Below are positions 24,480 to 38,143 of a DNA stretch of 63,805 bases, piece by piece; within the stretch, counting starts at the first letter, position 1; each line of letters begins with the position of its first letter. The position numbers were made by a program, and so were the translations under genes. The notes below the pieces were generated by a model that was not told the origin of the DNA, ran no database searches, and saw only the letters and a list, made by a program, of their open reading frames with translations. This DNA is from Octopus bimaculoides. Lineage: Eukaryota. The stretch covers positions 3,345,048-3,408,852 of the forward strand of contig NC_068984.1 of NCBI RefSeq assembly GCF_001194135.2, written 5' to 3'.

Positions 24480-25190
24480 TCCTTGGAGAAAGCAATTATA
24501 TCGACATGAAGTACAGTCTCTCTAGGACTCGTTACTGCTACATCACATCATACTTGGAAGGCTATGCATTTGCAATCCAAGAAGAAGGGATTGCTATTAA
24601 TTACCTAGCTAACAAAAGAGACGGTGAAGCGTTTAGAGTTCCAAGATGCAACCGAAGATGTAGATTATGTCATATTTTTGTGGAAGACATCACACTTGGG
24701 ATTAGCAGCTCTCCGGAAATGTCATCAAGGTGCTGTCTCTCTCTTTGTGACATGACGCTATCGCAAAAACATTATACAATGCCATTAAGGAAAAAAAAGA
24801 CTGTCCTGGAATAAATACAGGGAATCCCCCCTGTCGTTGAATACGGACATAAATATCAGCACAGGGAATATTGTTGGAAGATTCCCATCAAAACATTGGT
24901 CAAGTGTAAATATAACAGATCGGATATTGTTATCATAGGGGTCAGCTGTCCTGCTGATGTGAATATTTCTTCGGAAATCAAAGAGAAAGAGAATAACACC
25001 TGCTTCGAAACCTTCAGCTTCCAGATTATCCAGATTATAAATTCATATTTATGACAATAATAGTTGGTGTACTTCGTTTTGCGATAATCTGGATAGAGAA
25101 ATCAACCACTTAATTCGCATATTATAATTATAATCTGTAAGCGGAACAGTAAAAATATGCAAGACATTTCTTAATTTTAAAATGTGAATA
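24480..25190 (+). mobile_element. Degenerate RLE-type LINE 3' portion
   Basis: YLEGYAFAIQEEGI..CRLCHIFVEDITLGISSSPEMS, plus a downstream RLE region similar to 17.6-18.0 kb. Confidence 0.75.
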
Positions 25191-25307
25191 TGTCTTTGTT
25201 ATCCAAATCCCAAAGACGGAGCTTTGTATCTTTTTATCTTTGTTAGAAGAAAGATTTCAATTCATTAAAAACTGATGAGAACACACACATCGCGCACGCA
25301 CGCACGC

Positions 25308-25365
<58 letters not shown>

Positions 25366-26480
25366 TCTGGTCATGATAATACATCACAACTCCAGATTTA
25401 ATGCTTAGCTAATGCTTAAGCAATTGGCCAAACGACAAATATGAATCAGTTAATATATATCCCAGAGATATGTTGTTGGAGTGTGAGGAGTTCAGTAAAA
25501 CAATCTTGGTTAAAAAAAAAAAAAACATACATTAATTGTAACTAATTTTATATTAATATTGTTAGGATTAGTTGTTCCCTTGGGTAGTTAAGTGCATAAA
25601 ATCTGAGAGATGTAAAATTATATAAAATGTTGACGGACATAAAAATATATTTAAAAATCTTTTTATTTTGACGAGAGAGAAGAGTACACCACATGGAAAC
25701 GATTATAGAAGGGTAAAGAGTTGAACATATAAAGTAAGAGAGAGTGTATCATTGTTTTAATGAGATGATGAGTGACTATAATTGTTGAAAGCTAAATAAG
25801 GAAGTAGGGAGAATGTGAATATTTCCCATGAACAGCTAACTGTTGAAGCATTCTGCCAAATGGTAAGGAGCATGGAAAGATAAATAGTCGCAAGATGTCA
25901 AAAATATATTGTTAAATAATATATAATGAGAATGATTTATCTAAAAAGTTAAGTATACATCCGATCAATTAAGTGGTGGCATAATCGTCCAGTTTTTCAG
26001 GAGATCCTTGTCTTAGTCTCGGCATTCGTAAATATTTTAGTCTAAATTTTTAGATAGTTTAGATCTATTAACGTGTTAATAATCTGCAAATTATCTAAAC
26101 ATTAGACCAGAGATAATTATTAAATGTCATCATAGCGGTAAGTGTCTCCTATCTCACTGGAAGACCATACCTAACTTTTCTCGCTAGAAGGATTCCTTTA
26201 TTCATTATATCATTATGTTTATATTTTTGACAGTACACTTTTTGACATTAGGCAACTCTTTTTCTTTCCATACAGTTTCCATTGAGCAGGATGACTCAAT
26301 AGTCAACTTTTCTCCAGAAAAATCTACATTCATTCTGTTTCTGTCTTTAAATTTAATCCATTATAACTACTCGTCTTCCACCTATAAAAATTAATAACTT
26401 TCTGTATTCAATTCTATGTAGTCTCCTTCGCTCCATTTAATCATATTTTTTATATCTTTTATCTATTTGTTATCTATATT

Positions 26481-26974
26481 GTTTAGGACAGGTATAATTA
26501 CCAACACAGGAACATGTATCATACATCAAAATGAAGCTGGTCCTCTGTGGATCACATCCCTACTTCTCAACATAGTCACCGTTCTACCTACGAATGAGAG
26601 CATGCATCCCTGCCCCGTAAAATTCTGTTGACTGTTCTTTGAGCCGCTTCTTCACTACAGTTTTCACTTCTTCGTCATTGGAATAATGTTTGCCTCTCAA
26701 ACCCTCTTACATGGGGCCGAAGAGATGATAGTCTGAAGTGAAAACTGTATTGAAGAAATGGTTCAATGAACAGTCAACAAAATTTTACGGGGCAGGGATA
26801 CATGCTCTCATTCGAAGGTACAACGTTGCTATTGAGAGAAACGGTGACTATGTTGAGAAGTAGGGATGTGATCCACAGAAGACCAGCTTTATTTTGATGT
26901 ATGATACATGTTCCTGTGTTGGTAATTATACCTGTCCTGAACAAAATGGAGATACTTTTTGACTCGTCCTCGTA
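26481..26974. mobile_element. Mariner 3'-end fold-back (two inverted transposase C-termini; one TIR kept at the right end)
   Basis: Plus arm EVKTVLKKWFNEQSTKFYGAGIHALIRRYNVAIERNGDYVEK*; minus arm SDYHLFGPM*EGLRGKHYSNDEEVKT..; terminus reads tacgaggacgagtcaaaaagt on the minus strand. Confidence 0.88.
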
Positions 26975-27505
26975 ATTGATTCTTCATAAAAAAAATTCGC
27001 AATTTACAGAGCATTTAACCAGGTTTTTAGGTTATTAAATGGTTAGTTCAGTTTCAACACACGTCCTCAGAGCAAGTGTGTGGGTGTGCGTGCGTGAGTG
27101 CATGTATGTGTGACGTGCGAACGTGTCTTATTTGCGTGTCAGGGTACGAGTATGAATGTATATATGTATATATATGTACCTACATACATATGAGTATGAG
27201 TGTATGTATGTTTGCATGTTTATATAAAACGGTGATGGATGTGGAAACAGTAATGAGTTTGGTCAAATTGTCTTCGAAGAAGCCTATTTAGAGTCGAATA
27301 AGCCATGCATTCAGCGCTGATATCAATATAAAAACCAACTATTTAATGGTTCCAATCCCGTTGATGGTATTCTACCTCAACAAATATTTATTCTGGTTCT
27401 AATTTAGGAAATCATTTTTTTCAATACCGTTATCTATCTGACTTATAAAGAGTTTGTCTAGATTCGTCCTCCTGTCTTTTTATTTGTCTGTGTGTCGCTC
27501 CTTAT

Positions 27506-27555
<50 letters not shown>

Positions 27556-28207
27556 GGCTGCTGCAGTCAACGCTCCAAACAGACAAAGGGATTGTATCCA
27601 ATATTTAACATCATTTTATTGAGAACATATGCGCCGGATGTAGTCTCTCATTCAGTTTTCAAATGAAGGCCATGACACTGGAACAATTAGAAACTCGACT
27701 GCGTTGGTGTGGCGGTGGTGGTGGTGGTGGTGGTGAGGAGGAGGAAGAGGGGAAGGAGGAAGAAGAGGACGACGACGACGACGACGACGATGACGATGAT
27801 ATACACTGACGCACTGGTATATACACACACACTGGTCATTACACATACAGCTACGTCCACAGTAATGCTTACACAATGATATATACACACTTTATACAAA
27901 AGTGAACTTCATTACTTAAATTATGCGCACACCACTCTAAAGCATAAACTGGAGAGAGAAAAGGAAACAGTAGTCTTTCAATGCGACAATTACATGGCAA
28001 GGTTTCGGTCCTAGTTGTAACTGTTTCATATACTTCAAAGAAAAATATGAATATCGCACAAATATATTTCCTCGCCTGTAAAACGGAGTCGTAAAGGATG
28101 TCTCCAGTATCAGAGTTGATTGCATGGTTATAAGAAAAATAATTTCGATATTTTCTGTAGGATTTCTACACGAACTCATTAAACGTTTCATATTTAGTTG
28201 TATAATT

Positions 28208-28648
28208 CTGTTGCAGCTGGCAGAATTGTTAGCACGCCGGGCGAAATGCTTAGCGGCATTTCGTGTGCTTTATATTCTGAGTTCAAATTCCGCCGAGGTC
28301 GACTTTGCCTTTCATCCTTTCGGGGTCGATAAATTAAGCACCAGTTGCGTACTGGGGTCGATCTAATCGACGGGCCCCTTCCCCCAAAATTCTGGACCTT
28401 ATGCCTAGAGTAGAAACGGATATTTAGTTGTATAATTAAGGCAACAGCTGGCAGAATTGTTAGCACGCCGGGCGAAATACTTTGCGGCATTTCGTCTGTC
28501 TTTACATTCTGAGTTCAAATTCCGCCGAGGTCAACTTTACCTTTCATCCTTTCGGGCTCGATAAAAGAAGCAGCAATGCTGGGGGTTGATGTAATCGACT
28601 TGCCTTCTCCCTCGAAATTACTGGCCTTGTGACAAAATTTGAAATCAA
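28208..28648 (+). mobile_element. Two tandem SINE family A copies (28208-28419 and 28438-28648)
   Basis: Both carry the core; their 3' tails differ. Confidence 0.88.
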
Positions 28649-28744
28649 TATTTTGTTGTATAATTAAGATATTGTGCAAAATGGAAATTAGTGGATCTCT
28701 GTCAGTGTCGATGATGAGCACTCAGTTATTTAATCAACTGAACT

Positions 28745-29020
28745 ACTTATCCACTGATCTGGCGTGTAAGTGGCTAAACATTCCACAGACACGAACACAA
28801 TTAGCATAATTCGGAGGTAGAATCACTTCGAAAAAGTGTGTAGGAAGGATGGTCCTTTGAATTACATTTCCAAACTACAGGCTTCTACACAGTTTCCATT
28901 TGTCTAATTTTACTTACAAAGCTTGACACCTCATGAAGCTATAATAAAAGACGTTTTCTCAAGATTCCATACAGTGGAATTGAACCCATGATTTCGTGTT
29001 TACGAAACGAACTTTTTAAA
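28745..29020 (-). mobile_element. SINE family C, old degenerate copy
   Basis: ttacttacaaagctt..gctataataaaagac..cagtggaattgaaccc resembles the family C reverse complement. Confidence 0.5.
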
Positions 29021-29975
29021 CATTCTTCCCATAATGTAGATACAGTTGACACACAATCTTACCACATCCATGTTCTTCATTCAAAATAAAAATTTACGTC
29101 TTGACACTTGCTGCATTTATGTCGAAAATTATTTTAATAATCCTCAATAAACATACTCACATTTTATGCCTCATATATTTTAATATGTTTCATGCCAATA
29201 TAATTTTCTTTTAAAACTTTTCGAAAGTAACAGAGATATTCTAGGTCAGCTTTCTATGTTTGACAGGCAGTGCCGTCACTTCAGTACGCTATCATATATA
29301 TATTCAGTGAAGAAATAGAGATTTTGGTGTGAAAATCAAAATTTAATTGTCCTATGTTAAAAAGAAAACAGAAAACAACTCGGTATATTAATCAGAGAAA
29401 TGAAGATACGCAGTGGAGATGATATTTAAGACGTGAAACAGCTGTTTTCTGCTGGTAATCAGATTAATATGGTTCTCTTATTCTACAACAGTGATTGTAA
29501 GAGTTCATGTGAAATATTTCAGTGACTGGAATGATCATGATAAGATCCATGTAAATAACTAGCTGAAACTACAAAATAAATTCTGAGAGTAACTCTACAA
29601 GGAATTTCAGATTATTCCCACCATTCTCATCGTTCGCCCTGGACTAAATTTTATGACACTAATGAAATTCAAATTTGTTGTTGATGTTTCAACTGAAAGC
29701 TTGGAGTTGTTTAAATGCCACCGCTTGTTTCAGTAATTCTTAAAACGCCATATAAACGGAATAGTTTGGTCCCTGCATAAAGGGTTCAGTTCTTTCAAAT
29801 CAGAATTGTGTGGACGTAAGAGAATGCCAGACTGGTTTTGATCATATGGACCTGCTTAATATCTCTAAACTACCTCTCTCTCTCTCTCCAACAAACTGGT
29901 GGTAGCAAAGAAGATAGGTACGTGCTAGAAAGAGAGAGTGCTAGAAAGAAAGAGAGAGTGCTAGAAAGAGAGAGA

Positions 29976-30012
<37 letters not shown>

Positions 30013-30202
30013 GGAGAGTGCATGTATGTGAGCGTGTGTGTATGAAAGATAGAAAGGAGAACAGAAAGAGATTTGAAACTCTTCATCGTATAATATTCTC
30101 ACTTGACATTATCAAAACACAATTGTCTAAAATAAGATTGAATTAATCAAATGAGGAATTGCTTTTTCAGAGTGAATTAACTGTTCCATGATATGCAATA
30201 CA

Positions 30203-30269
<67 letters not shown>

Positions 30270-30280
30270 GTAATAATAAT

Positions 30281-30930
<650 letters not shown>

Positions 30931-31084
30931 CTCATCTAATAACGATAATAATAATAAATGTCTTCTGCTAGAATAACAGTAGGAGATAGGGGAACCAAAA
31001 GGCCAAATGAAGTTAAAAACTAGAAAAAAAAAAGACTGATGATTATCTGCCAAGAGAAGGCTTTGCATAGTAGATTCTCAGAGA

Positions 31085-31320
31085 TAGTTACATGAAATAG
31101 TAATAATGAGACATGGTTATGGTCGCAGAAAGAAAGGTTGAAAAGAGAAACAGGAAGTTTGTTAGTAGCAGCCTAAGATCAAGCATTGAAGACCAATTGG
31201 ATAAAATCCAAAATAAACAAAATCCAGGTAGGTTCCCAGTGTAATGTTATGCACATCAAAAGAGAAAGGTGCTACTCATATTGTAGGTGAATGTGGTATG
31301 TTATCACAGAAAGAATACAA
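31085..31320 (+). mobile_element. Degenerate RLE-type LINE fragment
   Basis: ETWLWSQKERLKRETGSLLVAA*DQALKTN..HIVGECGMLSQKEY. Confidence 0.65.
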
Positions 31321-31324
31321 CCGG

Positions 31325-31503
31325 ACCTCACCTGTAAGGTCATGTGCTATTTATTTATCTTGATATGAGATCACCATGTCGCGCACATATGGCTGTGATG
31401 CACGTGCCTGCTGTACCCTTATCAGATGGGTAGTCATGATGGGTATACTGGGATTTGTATATTTTACCCCAGTGTGACTTGATGGCATGCACTGCTCTCT
31501 CTC
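31325..31503. repeat. Family D partial copy
   Basis: cacctg(t/c)aaggtcatg..cccttatcaga..gatggcatgcactgctctctc. Confidence 0.85.
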
Positions 31504-31607
31504 AATAATAATAATAATAATAACTATCATTATTGTTGTAGCCCGATGTTAGGATTTTTTCTTTTCCAACAGTTTAATTTGTTGTGTGTAGTTTAATAAT
31601 AATAATA

Positions 31608-31685
<78 letters not shown>

Positions 31686-32044
31686 TAACAAAATATATTA
31701 AGAGCACTATAGTATAAATTGATGTTAAACACATTGTTACTTTCCCTCATCATTCAAATAGCAATTGGTTTGAAAAAGCATTAGCCAAAACTTGTACGTT
31801 AACATGATTGACAACACAAACAGTAATGAGTGATGGAAGTGGGGAACTAATTGTGCACAAGGAAGATATAGAAACAAGACAAGCTTTAAACACACATTGT
31901 AGTTTTATAATAAGTNNNNNNNNNNNNNNNNNNNNNNNNNNNNNNNNNNNNNNNNNNNNNNNNNNNNNNNNNNNNNNNNNNNNNNNNNNNNNNNNNNNNN
32001 NNNNNNNNNNNNNNNNNNNNNNNNNNNNNNNNNNNNNNNNNNNN

Positions 32045-32109
<65 letters not shown>

Positions 32110-33074
32110 TTAGTGAAGCAGTTTTCTGAATTAGTTTCAAACGAGCACATTTGAAGTATTAATATCCTCAATAGAACAATCTCAGCACACAAGGAGCGAT
32201 TTAGCACGAACAGACCGGAAGTGTTTCATTTTGAAAATGGCGTCCTGTATAGATAGCACTGGGAAGGAGGTTAGCTGAGAAGACAAGTATTTTTGTAATT
32301 CAAGCTATAGCATTCGGGATCTTCCCACGGATGGGGTGCCCGGAAACAGCTTATACAAACGTATGTTCAGACATGTTAACGTCACAATATTTACGAGAGA
32401 GGACGAAATCGTATTAGTTTTGCTTGAATAATCTAGCCAGCTTCTTTTATTATTATTATTTTTTATTGAGAAGGTCACGTGTTACACAGCCACCTAACTA
32501 GTTGTTCAAAAAACAATGCTAGCTTTATAATACATTTACTACGCCTCTTGTGTCGACCAGCAAATATATTTTTAAAGAGAATTGTTAGTTTTCTTTATTC
32601 GGTTCTAGTATATTAACAACCATTGAAAATATTTCTGAAAATTGGAATGAGACCCACAGACTTGAGACAAAGACAGAAAGAATAATTTTGTTCTGTTTCT
32701 CGTTTGTTGCCATTTCTTTAACTCAGTTAATACTGTTAGTAAATGTATGAACGTCACGAAATCTCTTCAGTGCGTAAATCTAAAATCATGTCTAATGGAT
32801 TTATGCGGATATAAAAGTATCGTATTTTAATGCATATAAGGAACCCCTAATTTTGGGGGCTTAAAGTTTGTGAAAAAGGTTTTGTAAGGGATTATAATAC
32901 TATCTATATATAAGAAACTCCCATACTTTTTTTACCTTTTTTTTGAAAAAAAAAATGGTTCCTTATACACGTTAAAATACGGTATATACATATATAGACG
33001 TGAGCAAATGATTAATGAATAAAGAATTGAGTGATGATAGACATCTTTTCTGATAACGGCACAATACCTGAGTT

Positions 33075-33262
33075 GTTGGGGGAGGGGCAATATAGAGTCG
33101 ATTACATTGATCCACACAATTCCAATGGAATTTAATTTTATTTCTCTCGTAAGGATAAAAAGCAAGTCGACCAAGGTGAGATTTGAACTCAGACGAGAAA
33201 GGAGCATAAGTCAAATACCGAAAGGATTTTCTCCATCACTCTAATCAATCTGCCAATCAATT
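33075..33262 (-). mobile_element. SINE family A, degenerate inverted copy
   Basis: gagtcgattacat..aaaagcaagtcgac..atttgaactcag. Confidence 0.6.
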
Positions 33263-33315
33263 CACTAAACCTGGTGATCAATCAACTTTCAGAAACCAAT
33301 AAACATATTTATTGT

Positions 33316-33734
33316 GAAGGCGCAATGGCCCAGTGGTTAAGGCAGCGGACTCGCGGTCGTAGGATCGCGGTTTCGATTCCAAGACCGGGTGTTGTGAGTG
33401 TTGATTGAGCGAAAACACCTAAAGCTCCACGAGGTTCCGGCAGGTGCCTCGTGGCGAACCCTGGTGGTGAACCCTGGTGGTGAACCCTGGTGGTGAACCC
33501 TGCTGTACTCTTTCACCACAACTTTCTCTCACTCTTACTTCCTGTTTCTGTTGTGCCTGTAATTCAAAGGACCAGCTTTGTCACACTCTGTGTCACGCTG
33601 AATCTCCCCGAGAACTACGTTAAGGGTACACGTGTTTGTGGAGTGCTCAGCCACTTGCACGCTAATTTCACGAGCAGGCTGTTCCGTTGATCGGATCAAC
33701 TGGAACCCACGACGTCGTAACCGACGGAGTGCCA
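33316..33734 (+). mobile_element. tRNA-derived SINE family B with an internal 13-bp tandem repeat
   Basis: A box tggcccagtggttaag, B box ggtttcgattcc; (gtggtgaaccctg) x4 at 33451-33502. Confidence 0.85.
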
Positions 33735-34880
33735 CGTTCTATTTATCATAATTTCTATAGTCGTTTATATCGATCCAGTGTCTAATAATGAATTAATTGG
33801 GCATAGTTGAATAAAAATCAGCTGACTTGGTGATATTCGAACGCAACACCTAAAGGGTTGGAAGTTCATACCCCAAGGTATTTTGTCTTACACTCAACTA
33901 ATTTCCCCGCCTTTGTCTGACTACTACTACTACTACTACTGCCACTACTATCACCACCTTCACCACTACCCCACCCCCACCATCACTGCTTCCTTTGTTG
34001 TTGCTGATGCTGTTGTTCTTCGTCCTAAACAGGGCTGCTACTTTACGTTAGCATATAGGCTTTACACTCCACTTTTTATATGTTTTTTTTAATCTTTGTC
34101 GGCTTTTGTTGTTTTAGCGCATGCGCTGTAGAGGAAACACTGTTGAAGTCAGATTCGAATTTCATAAAATAATCTTTGCTCATGTAACGTTTTTTTTTTT
34201 GTATGAGGTATTTTTCATTCTAGTATGTGTATGTGAATGTATACATGCAATGTGTCTTTGTATGCGTGTGTATATATATGTGTGTGTGTGGTTTTTTTCC
34301 TCACGTTTCACTAATTCTTATATATCGATTGGTTCATGCGAGAGGTGTCTCGGCCAGCTGTAGATGTTTCAGAGATAATTCTTAGGTGTGAACGTAGTCG
34401 CACATAAATTTTCATTAACCTAATATATGGAATCTTAACAAAAGCACCATTTCTTTTTCTTGAAAACTTTCATACTTAACAACATCCAAATTAATATTTG
34501 GCTGGTACTTAGTTTATCGATCCAGGAACGTTTAAACAATTACAGTCGGACATGAACTCAATGTGCGAAGCTAAACAGAGAACGACATATTGCCAAGAAC
34601 TCTTCTGATTCAGCAACACGGCATACATAGGGGGTACCAACAAGATCGTGATATGGTAGCGGAAAGCAAATCCTGATCAATACAGATCGATTCCTAGTTG
34701 AGTTAACCCTTTCGTTTTCTCTTCGTATTTGCACTCTCTGAGCATAGGCAACTCCGAAAGGGACACACACATACGTGTGTGCGTGTATGTGTGTGTACGC
34801 CTATACGGCTTTAGCTTGCCGCCACTAACATTAATATCGCTCATGAGTATTAATGTTCTTTATATATTATATATGCGTGT

Positions 34881-35183
34881 GGGTGAGTCGCATGGCTCAG
34901 TGGTTAGAGTGTCGAGCTTATGATCGTGAAGTTGTGAGTTTGAATCCCGAACCAGGCTGCGTGTTGTGTTCTTGAGGAAGACACTTTATTTCACGTTGCT
35001 CCGGTTCACTCAGCTGTAGAAATGAGCTGTGACGTCACTGGTACCAAGCTGTATCGGCCCCTTTGCCTTTCCCTTGGATAACATTGGTGGAGAGGGGAGG
35101 CTGGTATGCATGGGCTGATCTTCCATAAAAACAACCCTAGGCTGTGCATTCGCCCCTTGGTCATTCGTGACCGACGGAGTCGA
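34881..35183 (+). mobile_element. tRNA-derived SINE, family B-related
   Basis: A box tggctcagtggttag, B box gagtttgaatccc, body acactttatttcacgttgctcc. Confidence 0.82.
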
Positions 35184-35607
35184 GTTATATAATATATAAT
35201 GTACAGAAAAACAAAAGACGAAGACAGGTGTATAAACAAGCTAGTTGCAGGAACTTGTCTACACATTTTCCAGATAATTTGTCTTCATGCAGGTGAGTCC
35301 TCATAGTATCCAAGAAATGTTATTTGGTTACATTTCGCCAAAGATAAACTGACTTTAAACAAGCAAGACTATATGTTGTCCTCTGTCGTTGTTTCTATTC
35401 TCTAAGTTCTTCCACTGTGGCAGCTTCCGTATGTATGTGTGTGCGTGCGTTCATGCGCGCGCGCGCATGTGTGTGTGTAATGCTTTGAATATTCATGTTG
35501 CAGTCTTTGAACAGATTGACTGAGAGACACTCGAACGGAATGTCAGTCGGATGACTAAGATCTATACGTCTGTAAATGAATGATAACGATACGAGACAGA
35601 GGGAGAG

Positions 35608-35665
<58 letters not shown>

Positions 35666-35674
35666 ATGTATGTT

Positions 35675-35716
<42 letters not shown>

Positions 35717-35827
35717 TATATACATATATATGCTTATATACATAAATGGGTGACGTAAATGTACAGGTGTCAATTCATTTCGGCCGTTTCAAGCGACTCC
35801 TTTAATTGATTAATGAAAACATTACAT

Positions 35828-36085
35828 CAAATATATATATACATAGAATTAACAGAATGAGATAAAAAATCCAAGGTTGTGAAAGATTTCAGAACATTTA
35901 TAAAGAGGTCTTACATCTGTTTCCGGGATATTTTATATATCTCTTCATCAGAGACGGTGCGAGAAAATGGTTATTATAGAAAAGATATGAAATACAGAGT
36001 GAAGTGGAGGAATGAAAACAGGCTCTGAAATCTTTCACAACCTTGGATTTTTTTATCTCATTCTGTTAATTTTTATATATATATA
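35828..36085. mobile_element. Short element with about 50-bp inverted ends and an internal degenerate hammerhead motif (35907-35956, minus strand); probable Penelope-like terminal repeat
   Basis: aattaacagaatgagataaaaaatccaaggttgtgaaagatttcaga occurs inverted at both ends; minus strand CGUCU-CUGAUGA-A-GAGAUAU.AUAUCCC-G-GAAA-CAGAUG-UA-AGAC. Confidence 0.6.
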
Positions 36086-36235
36086 CGTATGCTAATATAT
36101 GACCCACGTTGGACACCTCATTCGCATAATCACCGAATCTGGAGCTTAACTATAGTCTGTCCTTAGCACTTACTCAGCATTACCTGACACCTTTGGGTCT
36201 TCTTGACACCAATATCTTTCATACGCTATATATAT

Positions 36236-36475
36236 GATGGCGCGTGGCTTAGTGGTTAGGGCATCTAGCTCACTTTCGTAAGGTCGTGTGCTCTATTCCC
36301 GGTGACGCGCTGTGTCCTTGAGCAAGACACTTTATTTCACGTTGCTCCAGTCCACTCAGCTGGCAAAAATGAGTAGTACCTGTATTTCAAAGGGCCAGCT
36401 TTGTCACACTCTGTGTCACGCTGTATCTCCCTGAGAACTACGATAAGGGTACACGTGTCTATGGAGTGCTCTCAT
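36236..36475 (+). mobile_element. tRNA-derived SINE, family B-related
   Basis: A box tggcttagtggttag; body as in the 34881 copy; tail as in the 33316 copy. Confidence 0.82.
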
Positions 36476-37220
36476 AACTTCAATATATATATATATATAN
36501 NNNNNNNNNNNNNNNNNNNNNNNNNNNNNNNNNNNNNNNNNNNNNNNNNNNNNNNNNNNNNNNNNNNNNNNNNNNNNNNNNNNNNNNNNNNNNNNNTATA
36601 TATAATGATAGAATAGGTTTAAGATAACGTTATTTATTATTTGAACTTATCCCTTTGTCTTCTTTCTCATGAAATGTTTAAATGATGAAACTAGGAACTA
36701 TCTGTTTATGAGTGGTGATTGTAAATAGGAGAGAGAGAGGCGGGAGAGAAGGTGGAAGAAACATCACACAGAGTTCCACTCTCTTTGAGAATTAGCTTCA
36801 AGTGAAAATGAAATTTTATAAAATTTTATCTTAGCTTTTATTGTTCTTGATCTTGAGTTTCCATAAAGAGAGACGATAAGAAAAAAAAAGTGTCACGAAA
36901 AGAATTATGTTTTACTTTTAGTTATTAAAGGAAAATGAATACAAACGAACTGACAAGATGCTGGAATATAAAGCAGATGGCATTCAAAAGAAAGTTATCT
37001 AGAGGCAGAATGTATCGACTATCAAAAAGAGGGGAGATAATTTGAAAAAGCAACACCTTTGTAAACATTACCCATCCGCAGATACTTTATTACGGCACTC
37101 AAACACAGTTGTGTTGTATGGATCGATAACGTTATAGAAACTTCGAACCTCAGATACTGGATAATGATGATGATGATGATAATAAAAATGATGATAATAA
37201 TATTATTATTATTATTATTA

Positions 37221-37767
37221 TATAGCCTGATGCAGTACTAGGCAGTGGCTCTCATGGCTTCTCATCATAACCGATTGGAAGTGTTATCATCTACATTGTT
37301 TTGTCTTGGTATAATAGATGGCCTGCAGCAAATATTCTGCTCCATACCACAGATATGCTTGTCAGTTGTTTGACCTAAATCCCTTGAGCATGTACCTTGG
37401 TGGTTAACGATATGTGCATCTCTGATCACGAGTAGAAGTAGTTGGAGAGCATCATAGTCATTTGTTGGGGAATTCTTTGGGGCTTGAATAATTCACCTCT
37501 GGAAACATGGATGTTTCATTCAAAATCCTTAAACAACTCGTATTCAGGGACTTTTTGAGCAGAGTGGTCTACTCGACCTGACGAAAATTCTGACTGGGCC
37601 CCACCTGCAAGGTTATGAGCTGTCTTGATATAAAATCACCATGTCGCACACATATGGTTGTGATGCATTTGCTTGTACTCTTATCAGACAGGTAGTCATG
37701 ATGAGTATACTGGGCTTCGCATATTTTACCCTAGTGTCACTTTGATGGCATGCGTTACTCTCTCACT
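37221..37767. repeat. Family D full copy
   Basis: Same start (gcctgatgcagtac) and end as the 30281 copy. Confidence 0.85.
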
Positions 37768-37768
37768 C

Positions 37769-37816
<48 letters not shown>

Positions 37817-38065
37817 TGCTTGGAACTGTTAGAATTCTCCGCAAGGTTCTTGAAGCATGATCAGTAAACAAGTATCACCTTAGTCTGCTAGCGGTGACTT
37901 TTCCATTATATCCAGCAAAATAAGCTGGGAATTTTCATCAAAATAATAATGATTTCTTTTATTAGCCAGAAATGAAGAGGGAGACATGACTAAGAAAGTC
38001 AGTAATTTGTGTGGGGAGATTTACATAAGGGATTAAGATTAAGAAATGGAAAAGACTGTGAAATG

Positions 38066-38143
<78 letters not shown>

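Noticed and set aside
33316-33390. tRNA-like sequences at SINE heads (also 34881, 36236, 63670, 8283-8325)
   Set aside because: No complete acceptor stem, and they continue into SINE bodies, so they are not tRNA genes.
33451-33502. 13-bp x4 direct repeat, considered as a CRISPR-like array
   Set aside because: No spacers; it is slippage inside a SINE in eukaryotic DNA.
34558-34770. 70-aa minus ORF, considered as the missing transporter N-terminal exon
   Set aside because: No SLC6 TM1/TM2 motifs in the frames I checked.
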